In this document: piece by piece, positions 49,728 to 62,564 of the stretch
Layout of the letters: each line of letters starts with the position of its first letter
Position numbering within the stretch: position 1 is the first letter of the stretch
Assembly (NCBI RefSeq): GCF_004010195.1
Contig: NC_057719.1
Location: 50,138,302 to 50,202,301, forward strand
DNA: 64,000 nt
Origin: Chiloscyllium plagiosum
Taxonomy: Eukaryota
Reading direction: 5' to 3'
The notes under the pieces: generated by a model
Told to the model about the DNA's origin: nothing
The model's database searches: none
What the model saw: only the letters and a program-made list of their open reading frames with translations
Translations under genes and position numbers: made by a program

Positions 49728-49748
49728 ATGAGCTCCATTGGTACCGGG
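49728..49748 (+). CDS. PSMA3: Proteasome subunit alpha type-3, exon 1
   Basis: ATG AGC TCC ATT GGT ACC GGG|GTGAGT encodes MSSIGTG. Confidence 0.96.
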
Positions 49749-49896
49749 GTGAGTAGGAAAATCCTGTGGGTCCGTCTCTTATGTGGTTTAACTATTAGAT
49801 GTGAGGAGGTGATTTCGGTCTGAGATGCTTAATTGAGCGGGAGCGGCTTTCGGCCTTCATCCCGGGTGAGTTTTGGAGCTAGGCCGCGGGGGCCGG

Positions 49897-49928
49897 GCCG
49901 TGCCGTGCCGTGCCGTGCCGTGCCGTGC
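49897..49928. repeat. (GCCGT)n microsatellite in PSMA3 intron 1
   Basis: About six GCCGT units. Confidence 0.9.
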
Positions 49929-50029
49929 TTGAAGGAACGCGGGAGGTATCTCCTAACAGGAAGCTCAGCTCAGCGGGTTGGCTCGGCCTGGGGTTTTTCA
50001 GCGCCTTCATGGTGGCCTGGAGTCATCGG

Positions 50030-50040
50030 TGCTGAGTCAC
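50030..50040. promoter_or_regulatory. Consensus ARE / NF-E2 (CNC-sMAF) site
   Basis: TGCTGAGTCAC, reverse complement GTGACTCAGCA, a full match to RTGACTCAGCA. Confidence 0.6.
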
Positions 50041-50704
50041 CGGGAGCCTCCATGGTCAAAACGAAAGTACTAGCGAGGGACGGGCTCGGTGACGGCTTTC
50101 ATTTTCAAATTGGGATCACGGCAGTGGGCGGCTTCTTGCTGGTTCGCTGCTTTTCACGTTGAAAACATCTGCCGCACACAGGAAGATAACTAGGTCTTTA
50201 ACATTCACGAGTTTTCTCATGAATAGGTTGTCTATCAGGTCACCTTTGTGTGGTCTGCGTTATTTAACTCAGATTGTTTTCCAGTAAAGTACCAATTCGT
50301 TTAATAGTAGTTTCTATGTATTCAAGAGAGCCCTATTTATCAGTTTTCCACCCCCCCCCCCCCCCGTAGATTGTTCCATTGTATGGTGTTGTAAATTGGC
50401 CATCATCCAAAACCAACCAACAATAAAACGAAGAGCAGAATACTGTTGACGAAATCTGAAATTTAAAAAGACGCTGGAAATACTCAACTGCATCCAGATT
50501 TCAGACAGCATCTGTGGAGACAGAAACATTGTTAACGCTTCAGGTTTATGTTACGTTAACTCTCCACAGATGCTGTCTGACATGAGCATGCTCTCATTTT
50601 ATGTTTTTAAAAAAAGAAAAGCAAGATCAGGTGTTTGCTGAAATGGTGGCAGCTCGTTTGTTGAAAGACTTATGTTGGTTTGTGGTCATTTTATTTTATT
50701 ACTA

Positions 50705-51365
50705 TAATCAGAGTCAACATAATTTTATGAAAGGGAGATCATATTTGACAAACTTGCCAGCATTGTTAAGGACAAGAGTTAAAAATCAAAACATCAGGTT
50801 ATAGTCTACCAGGTTTATTTAGAAGTGCAAGCTTTGGGTGTTGTACTTCCCAGTAAACCTGTTGGATTATAACCTGGTGTTGTGATTTGAACTGTGTCCA
50901 TCCCAGTCCAACACTTACATCTCCACATCAAGGATGTAACAAGAAGAGTTGATAAAATAGTACTGAGAGGTGCAGTATTTTTGGGTTTCTAGAAGGTGTT
51001 TGATAAGGTGCCATATAAAATGATTATTGCACAAGGTGAGATGTCATGGTATTGAGGGTAACATATTTACATGGATTATGGATTGGTCAACACAAATTTG
51101 ACAGAATCAGGAGTGCTATCTGATGGGCTTTTGCCTGAAATTTTTTTTTCCTTTTCCCTGCTCCTCAGATGCTGCTTGACTTGCTGTGCTTTTCCAGCAG
51201 CACTCCAATCTTGACTGTTATCTCCAGCATCTGCAGTAGCCACTCATGCCTGGATCAGTCCTTGTCCTCAGTTATTTACCAACTATAGAAACTATGGAAA
51301 CAATGTAAATGCATCTAGATTTACTGCTGATACAAAATTGGTGGGAGGGCCTATTGTGGCAAGGA
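50705..51365 (+). repeat. Old CR1 RT fragment interrupted by Penelope-derived repeats (~50775-50930, ~51120-51245)
   Basis: NQSQHNFMKGRSYLTNL ... FLGF*KVFDKVP ... ADTKLVG. Confidence 0.65.
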
Positions 51366-51369
51366 TATA

Positions 51370-51885
51370 ACCCTAAGCCTATGCCCTCTAGTTCTGGACT
51401 CCCCACCCCGGGAAAAGACTTTGTCTATTTATCCTATTCATGCCCTTCATGATTTTTATAGACTTCTATAAGGTCACCCCTCAGCCTCTGACACTCCAGG
51501 GAAAATAGCCTATTCAATCTCTCCGTACAGCTCAAATCCTCCAACCTTGGCAACGTCCTTGTAAATTTTTTTCTGAACCCTTTCAAGTTTCATAACATCT
51601 TTCCGATAGGAAGGAGACCAGAATTGCACACAACATTCCAACAGTGGTCTAACCAATGTCCTCTAGAGCCGCAACATGACCTCCCAACTCCTGTACTCAA
51701 AACTCTGACCAATAAAAGATAGCATACCAAATGCCGCCTTCATTATCCTATCTGCCTGTGACGCCACTTTCAAAGAGCTATAAACCTGCAGTCCAAGGTC
51801 TCTTTGTTCAGCAACACTCCTGAGAAGTGTATAAGTCCTGTGATGATTTGATATTCCCAAAATGCAGCACCTCACATTTAACTGT
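51370..51885 (-). mobile_element. CR1 fragment
   Basis: Same family as the adjacent copy (QRDLGLQV, EYRSWEVMLRL). Confidence 0.85.
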
Positions 51886-51908
51886 ATTTTGGGTGATGGT
51901 TGAGTCAA

Positions 51909-53370
51909 AGAGTCATAGAGATGTACAGCATGAAAACAGACTCTTCGGTCCAACCCGTCCATGCCGTCCAGATATCCCAACCCCCAATCTAGTCCCACCT
52001 GCCAACACCCGGCCCATATCCCTCCAAACCCTTCCTATTCATATCGCCATCCAAATGCCTCTTAAATGTTGCAATTGGACCAGCCTCCATCACATCCTCT
52101 GGCAGCTCATTCCATACACTTACCACCCTCTGCGTGAAAAGGTTGTCCCTTGGGTCTCTTTTATATCTTTCCCCTCTCACCCTAAACCTATGCCCTCTAG
52201 TTCTGGACTCCCCGATCCTAGGGAAAAGACTTTGCCTATTTATCCTATCCATGCCCCTCATAATTTTGTAAACCTCTATAAGGTCACCCCTCAGCCTCCG
52301 ATGCTCCAGGGAAAACAGCCCTAGCCTGTTCAGCCTCTCCCTATAGCTCAGATCCTCCAATCCTGGCAGCATCCTTGTAAATCGTTTCTGAACCCTTTCA
52401 AGTTTCTCAACATCTTTCCGATAGGAAGGAGACCAAAATTGCACACAATATTTCAACAGTGGCCTAACCAATGTCCTGTACAGCTGAACATGACCTCCCA
52501 ACTCCTGTACTCAACTATGACCAATAAAGGAAAGCATACCAAACGCCGCCTTCATTATCCTATCTACTGGTGATGCCACTTTCAAGGAGCTGTGAACCTG
52601 CACTCCAAGGTCTCTTTGTTTAGCAACACTCCCTAGGACTTTACCATTAAGTGTATAAGTCTTGCTAAGATTTGTTTTTCCAAAATGCAGCACCCCTCAT
52701 TTATCTGAATTAAACTCCATCTGCCACTTCTCAGCCCATTGGTCCATCTGGTCCAGATCCTGTTGTAATCTGAAGTAACCGTCTTCGCTGTCCACTACTC
52801 CTCCAATTTTGGTGTCATCTGCAAACTTACGAACTGTACCTGTTATGTTCGCATCCATATCATTTATGTAAATGACAAAAGGTAGAGGGCCCAGCACCGA
52901 TCCTTGTGGCACTCCACTGGTCACAGGCCTCCGGTCTGAAAAACAACCTTCCACCACCACCCTCTGTCTTCTACCTTTGAGCCAGTTCTGTATCCAAATG
53001 GCTAGTTCTCCCTGTATTCCATGAAATCTAACCTTGCTAATCAGTCTCCCATGGGGAACCTTGTCGAACGCCTTACTGAAGTCCATATAGATCACATTTA
53101 CTGCTCTGCCCTCATCAATCTTCTTTGTTACTTCAAAAAACTCAATCAAGTTTGTGAGACATGATTTCCCACGCATAAAGCCATGTTGATTATCCCTAAT
53201 CAGTCCTTGCCTTTCCAAATACATGTACATCCTGTCCCTCAGGATTCCCTCCAACAACTTGCCCACCACCGAGGTCAGGCTCACCGGTCTATAGTTCCCT
53301 GGCTTGTCTTTACCGCCCTTCTTAAACAGTGGCACCACATTTGCCAACCTCCAGTCTTCCGACACCTCAC
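51909..53370 (-). mobile_element. Young 5'-truncated CR1 LINE (RT largely intact)
   Basis: ORFs 52697-53365 (NYRPVSLTSV, YMDFSKAFDKVPH, SGVPQGSVLGP, KFADDTK) and 51989-52501. Confidence 0.95.
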
Positions 53371-54544
53371 TTTGAGGAATAAAACTTGACCATGATATTT
53401 GGGAGAATTCCCTTGCTCAAGTGAAATTGCTTTGTTGAGCCATATGTTTCATGTGCCAAAGAACCTCACAGCCATTTAAATTCTTTTTTTAATCAAACTG
53501 TTCAGATCTGTTGTGATAGACCTCTGGAACAGCTGGGACTTAACTCTAGGCCAGAAGGCTCAATTTCAATACACTGTCATTGCACCACAAGAGCCCATCA
53601 ATATGTCGAAATTGTCAGTCATTTTGCTTTCTCAAACTTGCCATATGAAAATATTGGAAATTGTCAGCATGTCAAACACCTTTGTAGTGAAACAGTGTTC
53701 ACACTTAAAGTCACTGACATTTCAGAGCTGAAAAAAGATGGAAATGTCTTGCAGATATTTATTTTGATTTCCAGTGTCAACAGAACTTTAGTCATCTGTT
53801 TGTGATATTGGACAGGGATCTGAATGAACTTGCAATCTCTATATTTTTCAAATAGTGTTATAGAACTTTCATGATCACCTGAGGGTTCTCCATCTTCAAC
53901 CAGATGGTTCCATGCTAGAATTAACAATATAACAAAAACATTGCTGGTGATCAGATTTTTCTGTGGACAGTTGAGTAATTGCAGCAATGTTATAGCCTTA
54001 TTGTGCTCTTCAGGTCAGATTTTTAAGTTATACACAATTAATTCTGAATGAAAGTATTATGTTTGAAGTGAAAACTATTATATATGGAATTGATAGATTT
54101 ACTGTGCTTCATTAATGACAGTTTACCCAGTGCTTGCCTGGGTTTTATAGAAGGCTTCAGATTCAATTCATGATCTGTGCTGAGTTAACTGTTTAGAGTA
54201 AAAAAAACTGCAGATGCTAGACTCCAAAGTAAGACCAGGTTAGGATTCCTGGATTTTAGTACTCCTCTGTTCAAACCTGACAATGCCTTGGTTTTAAAAT
54301 TTATTATCCTTGTCATCAAATTCCTCCCTTGTCTTGGCCATAAGTATTTCTGAATCCTCTCTTGGTCCTATAGTCCCCAGGGCAGAATCCAGCAATTTTA
54401 GCTACTTGCCTATTCCTGAGTTGAAATTGCCCCTGAATTGGTGGGTGTGCCTAAGCCTGTTCAGTCCCTAAGCTCCAGACATTCATCCCTACACACCTGA
54501 TTCACTACCTGACACTATTTAGAACTTAACTCCTTGAACAGGTG

Positions 54545-57500
54545 TTTCTTTTGTTGGGAAAGCCTATACTTGAATAGTGTTAGGATCTGGCAAATTGTAT
54601 TGTATAGCTAGAGCTATTGATGCGACATCGAACTAAACAGTGGGAAGGAGGGCTCGCCTGTGGGAATATTGAGAAAGGTGAAGGCAACTGCGTAGGCTAA
54701 CGATAGGAGTGATTGTAACCATAGTGTGACAGAAAGAAAGTATACAATCATTTGTGGCATCAGCAAATAATACTGTAGCTGTATGATGTGGGAGCTCGCT
54801 GATCCCATTGTGAATGGCAGTGACCACATCTGCAGCAAGTATTGGTTGCTGGAAGAACTCCGGATCAGAGTTGATCTGGAATCTGAGCTTCAAACACTGC
54901 GGCACATCAGGGAGGGGGAGAGTTACCTGGACGCTTTGTTTCAGGAGGCAGTCACACCTGGGAGATTAAGTAATTCACATTCAGTTAGTGATCAGGGACA
55001 TCAGAGTGTGACTGTAAGTGAGGCAGGTAGGGGGAACCTGAGTTCAGGAGTGCAGGAGTCTCAGCCCTTAACCTTGTCCAACAGGTATGAGATTCTTGCT
55101 TCCTGTACGGATGAGGAAAAGGGCTCTGGACAGGATGAGCCAGCTGACCACGGCACCATGGTGCAGAAGGCCATTCAAGAGGGGGGAGCAAAAAGATAAG
55201 TAGTTTTGATAGAGGATTCTATAAATTAGGGGGACCGATAGTATCCTTTGCAAGCCGGATCGGGAGTCTCGCATGTTGTGTTGCCTGCCCAGTGCCAGGG
55301 TGCGGGACATCTCCGACTGGCTTGAAAGGATATTGGAGCCGGAGGGGGAGGATCCAGTTGTTGTGGTCCACGTTGGGACTAACAACATAGGCAAAGCTAG
55401 GGTGGAGGACCTGTTTGGGGATTATCAAGCACTAGGAAGGAAATTGAAGTACAGGTCCTCAAGGGTCATAATCTCCGGATTACTGCCCGAGCCACGTGCC
55501 AATTGGCATAGGGATAAGAAAATTAGGGAAGTAAACACGTGGCTAAGGGATTGGTGTGGGAAAGAGGGATTCCACTTCATGGGGCATTGGCATCAATTTT
55601 GGAACCAGGGGGATCTGTACCGTTGGGACAGTCTCCACCTGAACTGATCAGGTACCAATGTTCTAGCCAAGAGGATAAATAGGGTGGTCAGTAGGACTTT
55701 AAACTTCTGAGTTGGGGGGGAAGGGAAAGTGAAAGCGACAGGGAGTATGGAGTTAAATGGAAAGATAAGCAGCAGGATAGCATGTGTGCAGGTGGATTTA
55801 AACTTGAGGCAGACTGGGAATGCAGCAAAAAGAAAGGATAACTTAGGACATCTTATGACTTCCAATATCTAATGATAAGAAAGTTAGCATTAAGGCACTT
55901 TACCTGAATGCTCGTAGCATTCGTAACAAAGCAGATGAACTAATGGCACAGATCATCGTGAATGATTATGATGTGGTAGGCATCACAGAGACGTGGTTGC
56001 AAGGGGGTCGGGACTGGCAGTTAAATATCCAAGGATTTTCAACTTATCAAAAAGACAGGGAGGCGGGCAGAGGGGGTGGGGTTGCCTTGTTAGTTAAGAG
56101 CAAAATTAAATCTATGGCACTGAATGACAGCGTCGGGTGATGTGGAGTCTGTGTGGGTGGAATTGAGGAGCCACAAAGGCAAAAAAAACCATAATGGGAG
56201 TTATGTACAGACCTCCTAACAGTGGTCAGGACCAGGGGCGCAACATGTACCGGGAAATAGAGAAGGCACGTCAGAAAGGCAAGGTCACGGTGATCATGGG
56301 AGACTTCAATATGCAGGTGGACTGGGTAAATAATGTTGCCAGTGGATCCAAAGAAAGGGAATTCATGGAATGCTTACGGGATGGTTTTTTGGAACAGTTT
56401 GTCATGGAGCCCACAAGAGAGCAGGCTATTCTGGACCTAGTGCTATGTAATGAACCAACTTTATAAAACATCTTAAAGTAAGGGAACACTTAGGAAGCAG
56501 CGATCATAATATGGTAAAGTTCAGTCTGCAGTTTGGAAGAGAGAAGGCAAAATCGGATGTAATGGTATTACAGTTAAATAAAGGTAATTTATGAGGGCAT
56601 GAGAGAGGAACTGACGAAAATAGACTGGAAGCAGAGCCTTGCGGGGAAGACAGTAGAGCAAAAATGGCAGGGGTTTGTGGGTATAATTGAGGACACTGTA
56701 CAGAGGTTCATCCCCAAGAAAAGAAAGATTATCCGGGGAGGGATTAGACAGACAAAGGAAGTCAGGAAATGTGTTAAAGAAAAAGAGAGATCCTAGTGGG
56801 CGGCACGGTGGCACAGTGGTTAGCACTGCTGCCTCACAGCGCCTGAGACCCGGGTTCAATTCCTGCCTCAGGCGACTGACTGTGTGGAGTTTGCACGTTC
56901 TCCCCGTGTCTGTGTGGGTTTCATGGAATGCTTACGGGATGGGTTTCCTCCGGGTGCTCCGGTTTCCTCCCACAGTCCAAAGATGTGCAGGTCAGGTGAA
57001 TTGGCGATGCTAAATTGCCCGTAGTGTTAGGTAAGGGGTAAATGTAGGGGTATGGGTGGATTGCGCTTCGGCGGGGCAGTGTGGACTTGTTGGGCCGAAG
57101 GGCCTGTTTCCACACTGTAAGTAATCTAATCTAATCCTATAAAGTGGCCAAGAGCACTGGGCGGGAGGGCTACGAAAACAAAGAGAGAAATAAGGAAGGA
57201 GAGGATCAAATAAGAATGTAGGCAAGCCAGTAATATTAGAAATGATACTAAAAGTTTCTTTCAATACATATGCTGGAAGCCTCGTGATGGGAGATAAGGA
57301 AATAGCTGGAGAACTTAATAAGTACTTTGCGTCAGTCTTCACAGTGGAAGGCACGAGTAATATCCCAACAATTAAAGGGAGTCAGGAGGCTGAGTTGAGT
57401 ATGGTTGCCATTACAAAAGAGAAAGTGCTAGAAAAGCTAAAAGGTCTTAAAATTGATAAATCTCTGGCCCCGATGGGCTACATTCTAGAGTTCTGAGGGA

Positions 57501-58730
57501 GGTGGCTGAGGAAATAGCGGAGGCGTTGGTTGAGATCTTTCAAAAGCCAGGGAAAGTCCCGGATGATTGGAAGATCGCTGTTGTAACCCCCTTGTTCAAG
57601 AAAGGATCAAGACAAAAGATGGAAAATTATAGGCCAATTAGCCTAACCTCGGTTGTTGGTAAAATTCTAGAATCCATCATTAAGGATGAGGTTTCTAAAT
57701 TCTTGGAAGAGCAGGGTCGGATTAGAACAAGTTCAAGCCTCAACCTATGCTGCAGAGGAAAGAAATAAGCTGTCTCCCTGTTTCGTGGGGAAAAGTCTGG
57801 AGGTGGGTGGCATGTTGAAGGGAGGGTCAGAGCTGACCAGTCAAAAAGGCCACCCCAACCAGATCCAGCAAACCTTGGCAGAGATAGCAGCATCAAACAG
57901 TACTGTTTTGATTGTGAAACGGGATACCTATAAGGACCCTCACCAATCTTTACAGATGCACCATAGAAAGCATTCTGTCGGGATACCACTTTGGAAAAAA
58001 GAATACAAGCATGGACTACTTTCTAAACGGTGAGAAAATTCATAAAACCAAAGTACAAAGGGATCTGGGAGTGCTAGTCAAGGATTCTCTAAAGGTAAAC
58101 ATGCAGGTTGAGTCCGTGATTAAGAAAGCGAATGCAATGTTGTCATTTATCTCAAGAGGGTTGGAATATAAAAGCACCATTGTGCTACTGAGACTTTATG
58201 AAGCTCTGGTTTGGCCCCATTTGGAGTACTGTGTCCAGTTTTGGTCCCCACACCTCAGGAAGGACATACTGGCACTGGGGCGTGTCCAGCGGAGATTCAC
58301 GGATGATCCCTGGAATGGTAGGTCTAACATACGAGGAACGGCTGAGGATCCTGGGATTGTATTCATTGGAATTTAGAAGATTAAGGGGAGATCTAATAGA
58401 AACTTACAAGATAATTAGAAAGGTGGACACTAGAAAACTGTTTCCGTTAGGCGAGGAGACTAGGACCCATGGACACAGCCTTAGAATTAGAGGGGGTAAA
58501 TTCAGCAATGCGGAGACATTTCTTCAGCCAGAGAGTGGTGGGCCTGTGGAATTCATTGCCGCAGAGTGCAGTGGAGGCCAGGACTCTAAATGTCTTCAAG
58601 GCAGAGATTGATAAATTCTTGATGTCACAAGGAATTAAGGGCTACGGGGAGAATGCGGGTAAGTGGAGTTGAAATGCCCATCAGCCGTGATTGAATGGCG
58701 GAGTGGACTCGATGGGCCGAATGGCCTTTC
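54545..58730 (+). mobile_element. Near-full-length CR1 LINE (zinc-finger/esterase ORF1, EN-RT ORF2) with SINE insertion and RT deletion
   Basis: ORF1: CMMWE..HICSKY and SGNH-like DSIIRG/CLPSAR/VHVGTNNI. ORF2: YLNARSIRNK, GITETW, VMYRPP, MGDFN, SDHN, NYRPISLTSV. 3' tail present; ends approximate. Confidence 0.9.
56796..57133 (+). mobile_element. HE1-type tRNA-derived SINE inserted in the CR1
   Basis: A box GTGGCACAGTGG, B-box-like GGTTCAATTCC, (AATCT)n tail, TSD ATCCTA at 56790-56795 and 57134-57139. Confidence 0.88.
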
Positions 58731-58769
58731 CAATCCACTAGGAGTGGAAGTAATCATAATATTATCAAA

Positions 58770-61020
58770 CAGTCAACAGTTTTGTGAAAGGGAAATTTTG
58801 TCTGACACAAGTTAAGTTCTTCAGGATATAACAAGCTTAGTGGATAAAGGGAAACCTGGGTATTTTGACTTTTGGAAATCCAAATACACTTTCTGATACG
58901 TTCTTATCTTATCGTGCCAAATAAAAGATTACTATGTGTGGGTTATTGTTAACATATTAACATGACTGGCTCATTTACAGGGAACATAGCTGGAAATAAA
59001 TGGGTCATTTTCAAGTGGAGAAAACCTAATAGTGGGATGCTCTGAATTTCATTGTTGAAGTTACCATTACTTAGAATCTATATTACTCACATGGATAACG
59101 GGACTGAATGTATTGTAACTAATATTGCTAAAGAAATTGGGACCTTGTGACATCGTTTTCCTATACCTGGGACAGTATTGAAATACATAAGACTTCTGGA
59201 GAATTTCTTCAAACACATCTGAGGGAGGCAGATAACTTCTTCAAACATATTTTAGGTGGACAGAGAAACATTGACTTCTCCACCTCCTAATGCTGCTTGG
59301 CTTCCTGTAATCTTCCAGCCTCCTGCTTGTCAACTTTAGGAAACTTGACAGAATAAATAATCAGAGGGTATTTCCTCATGGGAGAATCCAGAACTATGGG
59401 GACAGAGTTTCAATATAAGAATCTTCTAATGTAAAATTAAAAGAATGTCTTCTGAGGGCCATTAATATTTAAAATTCACTCCCTCTTGAGAACAGAGAAG
59501 GTTGTCAACCTTGAATATATTGAACTATTGATAAAGAAATCAAATAATATGGAATGTGTGGGGGATAAAGACAGGTAAGGAAGGTAGAATTAAAGTCACA
59601 ATCAAATCAGCTGTAATTTTGTTAAGTGGTGGAGCAGACTCAAAAGGCCTATTTGGAATTCTTTTTTGGTATTGCTTAAATTGTCTTCATAGTTCTGTGT
59701 ACAGTTCATTATTAAACATTGGTAATGCTGTTGTTTCACTATGCTCAAGGTTAAAGCTAAATGCAAGTAGTTCTTGAGGGATTGATCAGAGTTCTTCCTG
59801 CTGATTACTATCTATTAACTATTACATACATGTGTCGTTACGTGGTAAGCACAAAACCATGTCGAGTTTTAATTGTTTGATTTGAAGAGAAATATAGCAC
59901 AAACTAAGGCATCAGTGTTTTGGGTTGTAGCATTTGAACATTTGTGGACAGAGTGAGGCTGTCCCAGGCTGCTAAATCTGCAAGAAACCTCTGCCTGAAA
60001 ACGTTTGGCTCAAACATTAAATTGGATTTGCAGCAAGAGACACTGACCCACTAAAAATTACTGGATTATTTATTGCAGAGTATACATCTGAAAAAAGCAG
60101 GTGCAGGAATATGTATAAGAAAAATGTAGTAGAGCTTGAGAAGCAGAACCAACAAACATTGTTCCTAGCCAACTACAACAAACAATATATTTGAAGATAA
60201 GTAGAAAGACTGTGGGAAGGACAACTGTAATGGTGGTCAAGGTTTATATGCTACCTTTGAGTGCATGTCCACCAGTCCTTTAAGATAACAGGACAGGCAG
60301 ATAAAGCGATCGAGGACGCATATGGCATTCTTGTTTTTATTAGCCGAGGCACAGTATAAGAGCAAAGAAGCTACACTGGAACCATATAAAAAGTTGGTCA
60401 GGCCACATCTGGGGTATTATGAGTAGTTCTGGATTTCATGATAGGAAGGGTGTATTTCCAGAAGAGATTTACCAGGATGTTGCCGAGATTGAAGAGTTTT
60501 AGTTCTGAAGACTGAGATTTGTTTTCCATGGAGCAGAGGTGCCAGTTGGGAGAAAGGTTTGGTGATTCAGATATATAAGATTGAGAGGCATAGACAGAAA
60601 ATTATCCTCTTGGCGGAGGGATCAGTAATCATGGGCATAAATGTAAGGTAAGGGACAGGTTTTTCCCTCACCCAGAAGGTAATCGAATTCTGGAACTCAC
60701 TGCCTGTAAGGGTAGTAGATGCAGAAACCTCATAACATTTAAGAAATATTTAGATGTGCACTTGTGATCCTAAGGTATGCAAGGTGAAATGTTGGAAATA
60801 GGATTAGAAAAGTTAGGTGATTTTGGACCAGCACAAAGTCAGTGTTGAAAGCCTTTTCTTGTGTTGTACGCCTCTGACTCCAGATGAGTGTGATGAAAAG
60901 GGAATATAAAGGTGTTGAGGCTTATGTGAAGTAGCTAGATTGAGAAGGGGCTTGTGTGGAGTATAAAAAGCAGCACAGTTGAGTTGGGCCAAATGGTTTT
61001 TCTGTGTTGTACTTTTGATG
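58770..61020 (+). repeat. Several old CR1 fragments
   Basis: Decayed RT and C-terminal motifs and tails at about 58770-59660 and 60200-61020. Confidence 0.6.
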
Positions 61021-61074
61021 TAGACTTTTTTGGATTTGGTGCCACCTGAATTTACTTGTAAGGCTTATTTATAA

Positions 61075-61209
<135 letters not shown>

Positions 61210-61649
61210 TAAGGAATTCATCATTATTGCAGAAAAAAAAATTATTGTAGAATATTTACATTTTTACAATCTTCAGTGAATTCATCTTGTGATTATTTCT
61301 GTGTTTCTGGAGTAAAACTACACAGGTATTGATTGTTCACATGAGAATCAATTGTGCATGCATCAGCTCTAAATGTGACTTTGTCATTGTTGAATGTGTA
61401 CTAAGCAATAGCAATAAATCTGAATTACTCACAATCCACCCATGCCTCTATCATAAATTTAGAAATGAATTAGTCTTATGTCTTTGATTTATAATTTCCA
61501 CATCAAAAAATTGCATATATCTAAAAGTAATAAAGCAGAAACAGTTATAGACTGAGAATTCAATCCTCCTCTAAATGTACAAACGTTTGTGATCATAATA
61601 CCTTACCCTTTCTCTTATTAAATTCAGTATTTATTTTGTTTCAATTTAA

Positions 61650-61826
<177 letters not shown>

Positions 61827-62036
61827 TAATTTTAGCTCAAACTTTCTTGTAGCTCAAGAAAATTGTTGTACACAGACCCAGTGTACAAAGATCTATTGTA
61901 TAGGAAGAATAGATACTGAATAGATCATGTTAAAATGTGCAATCTTAGTACAGCGGTATATTTGTATATTTTGATTTCAATGTGGGCCTAATTTTTAATG
62001 GACATTAGAATAAGCAACTTTTGTTTCATTTCACAG

Positions 62037-62138
62037 GCAGTTGCAGGTCTTCTGGCAGATGCACGGTCTCTTACTGATATTGCAAGGGAAGAAGCTTCCA
62101 ATTTTAGATCTAATTATGGATATGATATTCCATTAAGG
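62037..62138 (+). CDS. PSMA3: PSMA3 exon 4; gene continues right
   Basis: CACAG|...|GTATGA, 102 nt. Encodes [34 protein letters not shown]. Confidence 0.98.
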
Positions 62139-62564
62139 GTATGAGATCTATTTAGCACTGTTTGTTTCAACATTGAATATTTCTAAGGGTGAATTGCACA
62201 TCATAACAGCTAAAGTTGACTAACTATAGAACAAGGTAAAAACAATGACTGCAGATGCTGGAAACCTGTTTTCTGCATAAACTCATCTTAAACTGCTCCG
62301 TGACTTTATTTTCTGCAATATCACACATCATCTTGATATGGAACTATTTCACTGTTAATTCACTATCCCTGGGGCAAAACCCTTCTTAACAATAGTGTGG
62401 ATATACCCATACCACTTGGACTGTAGTAGTTAAAGGGGCAGTTCATCACCACTACCACCTGAAGAATAACTCAAAATGAGTAATTAGAGACAGACAATGA
62501 ATGTTAACCTAACTAGTGATGTTCATTTCTGACAAATGAACAAATAAAAAAATTCTTAATGATT

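Noticed and set aside
49620..50162. ORFs 49620-49823 and 49833-50162 as extended coding sequence
   Set aside because: PSMA3 begins at the conserved MSSIGTG and splices at 49748; the rest is promoter or intron read-through in GC-rich DNA.
56796..56870. tRNA-like sequences at SINE heads (also about 13730, 22440, 31170, 62570)
   Set aside because: They have A/B boxes but no complete cloverleaf and continue into SINE bodies; not tRNA genes.
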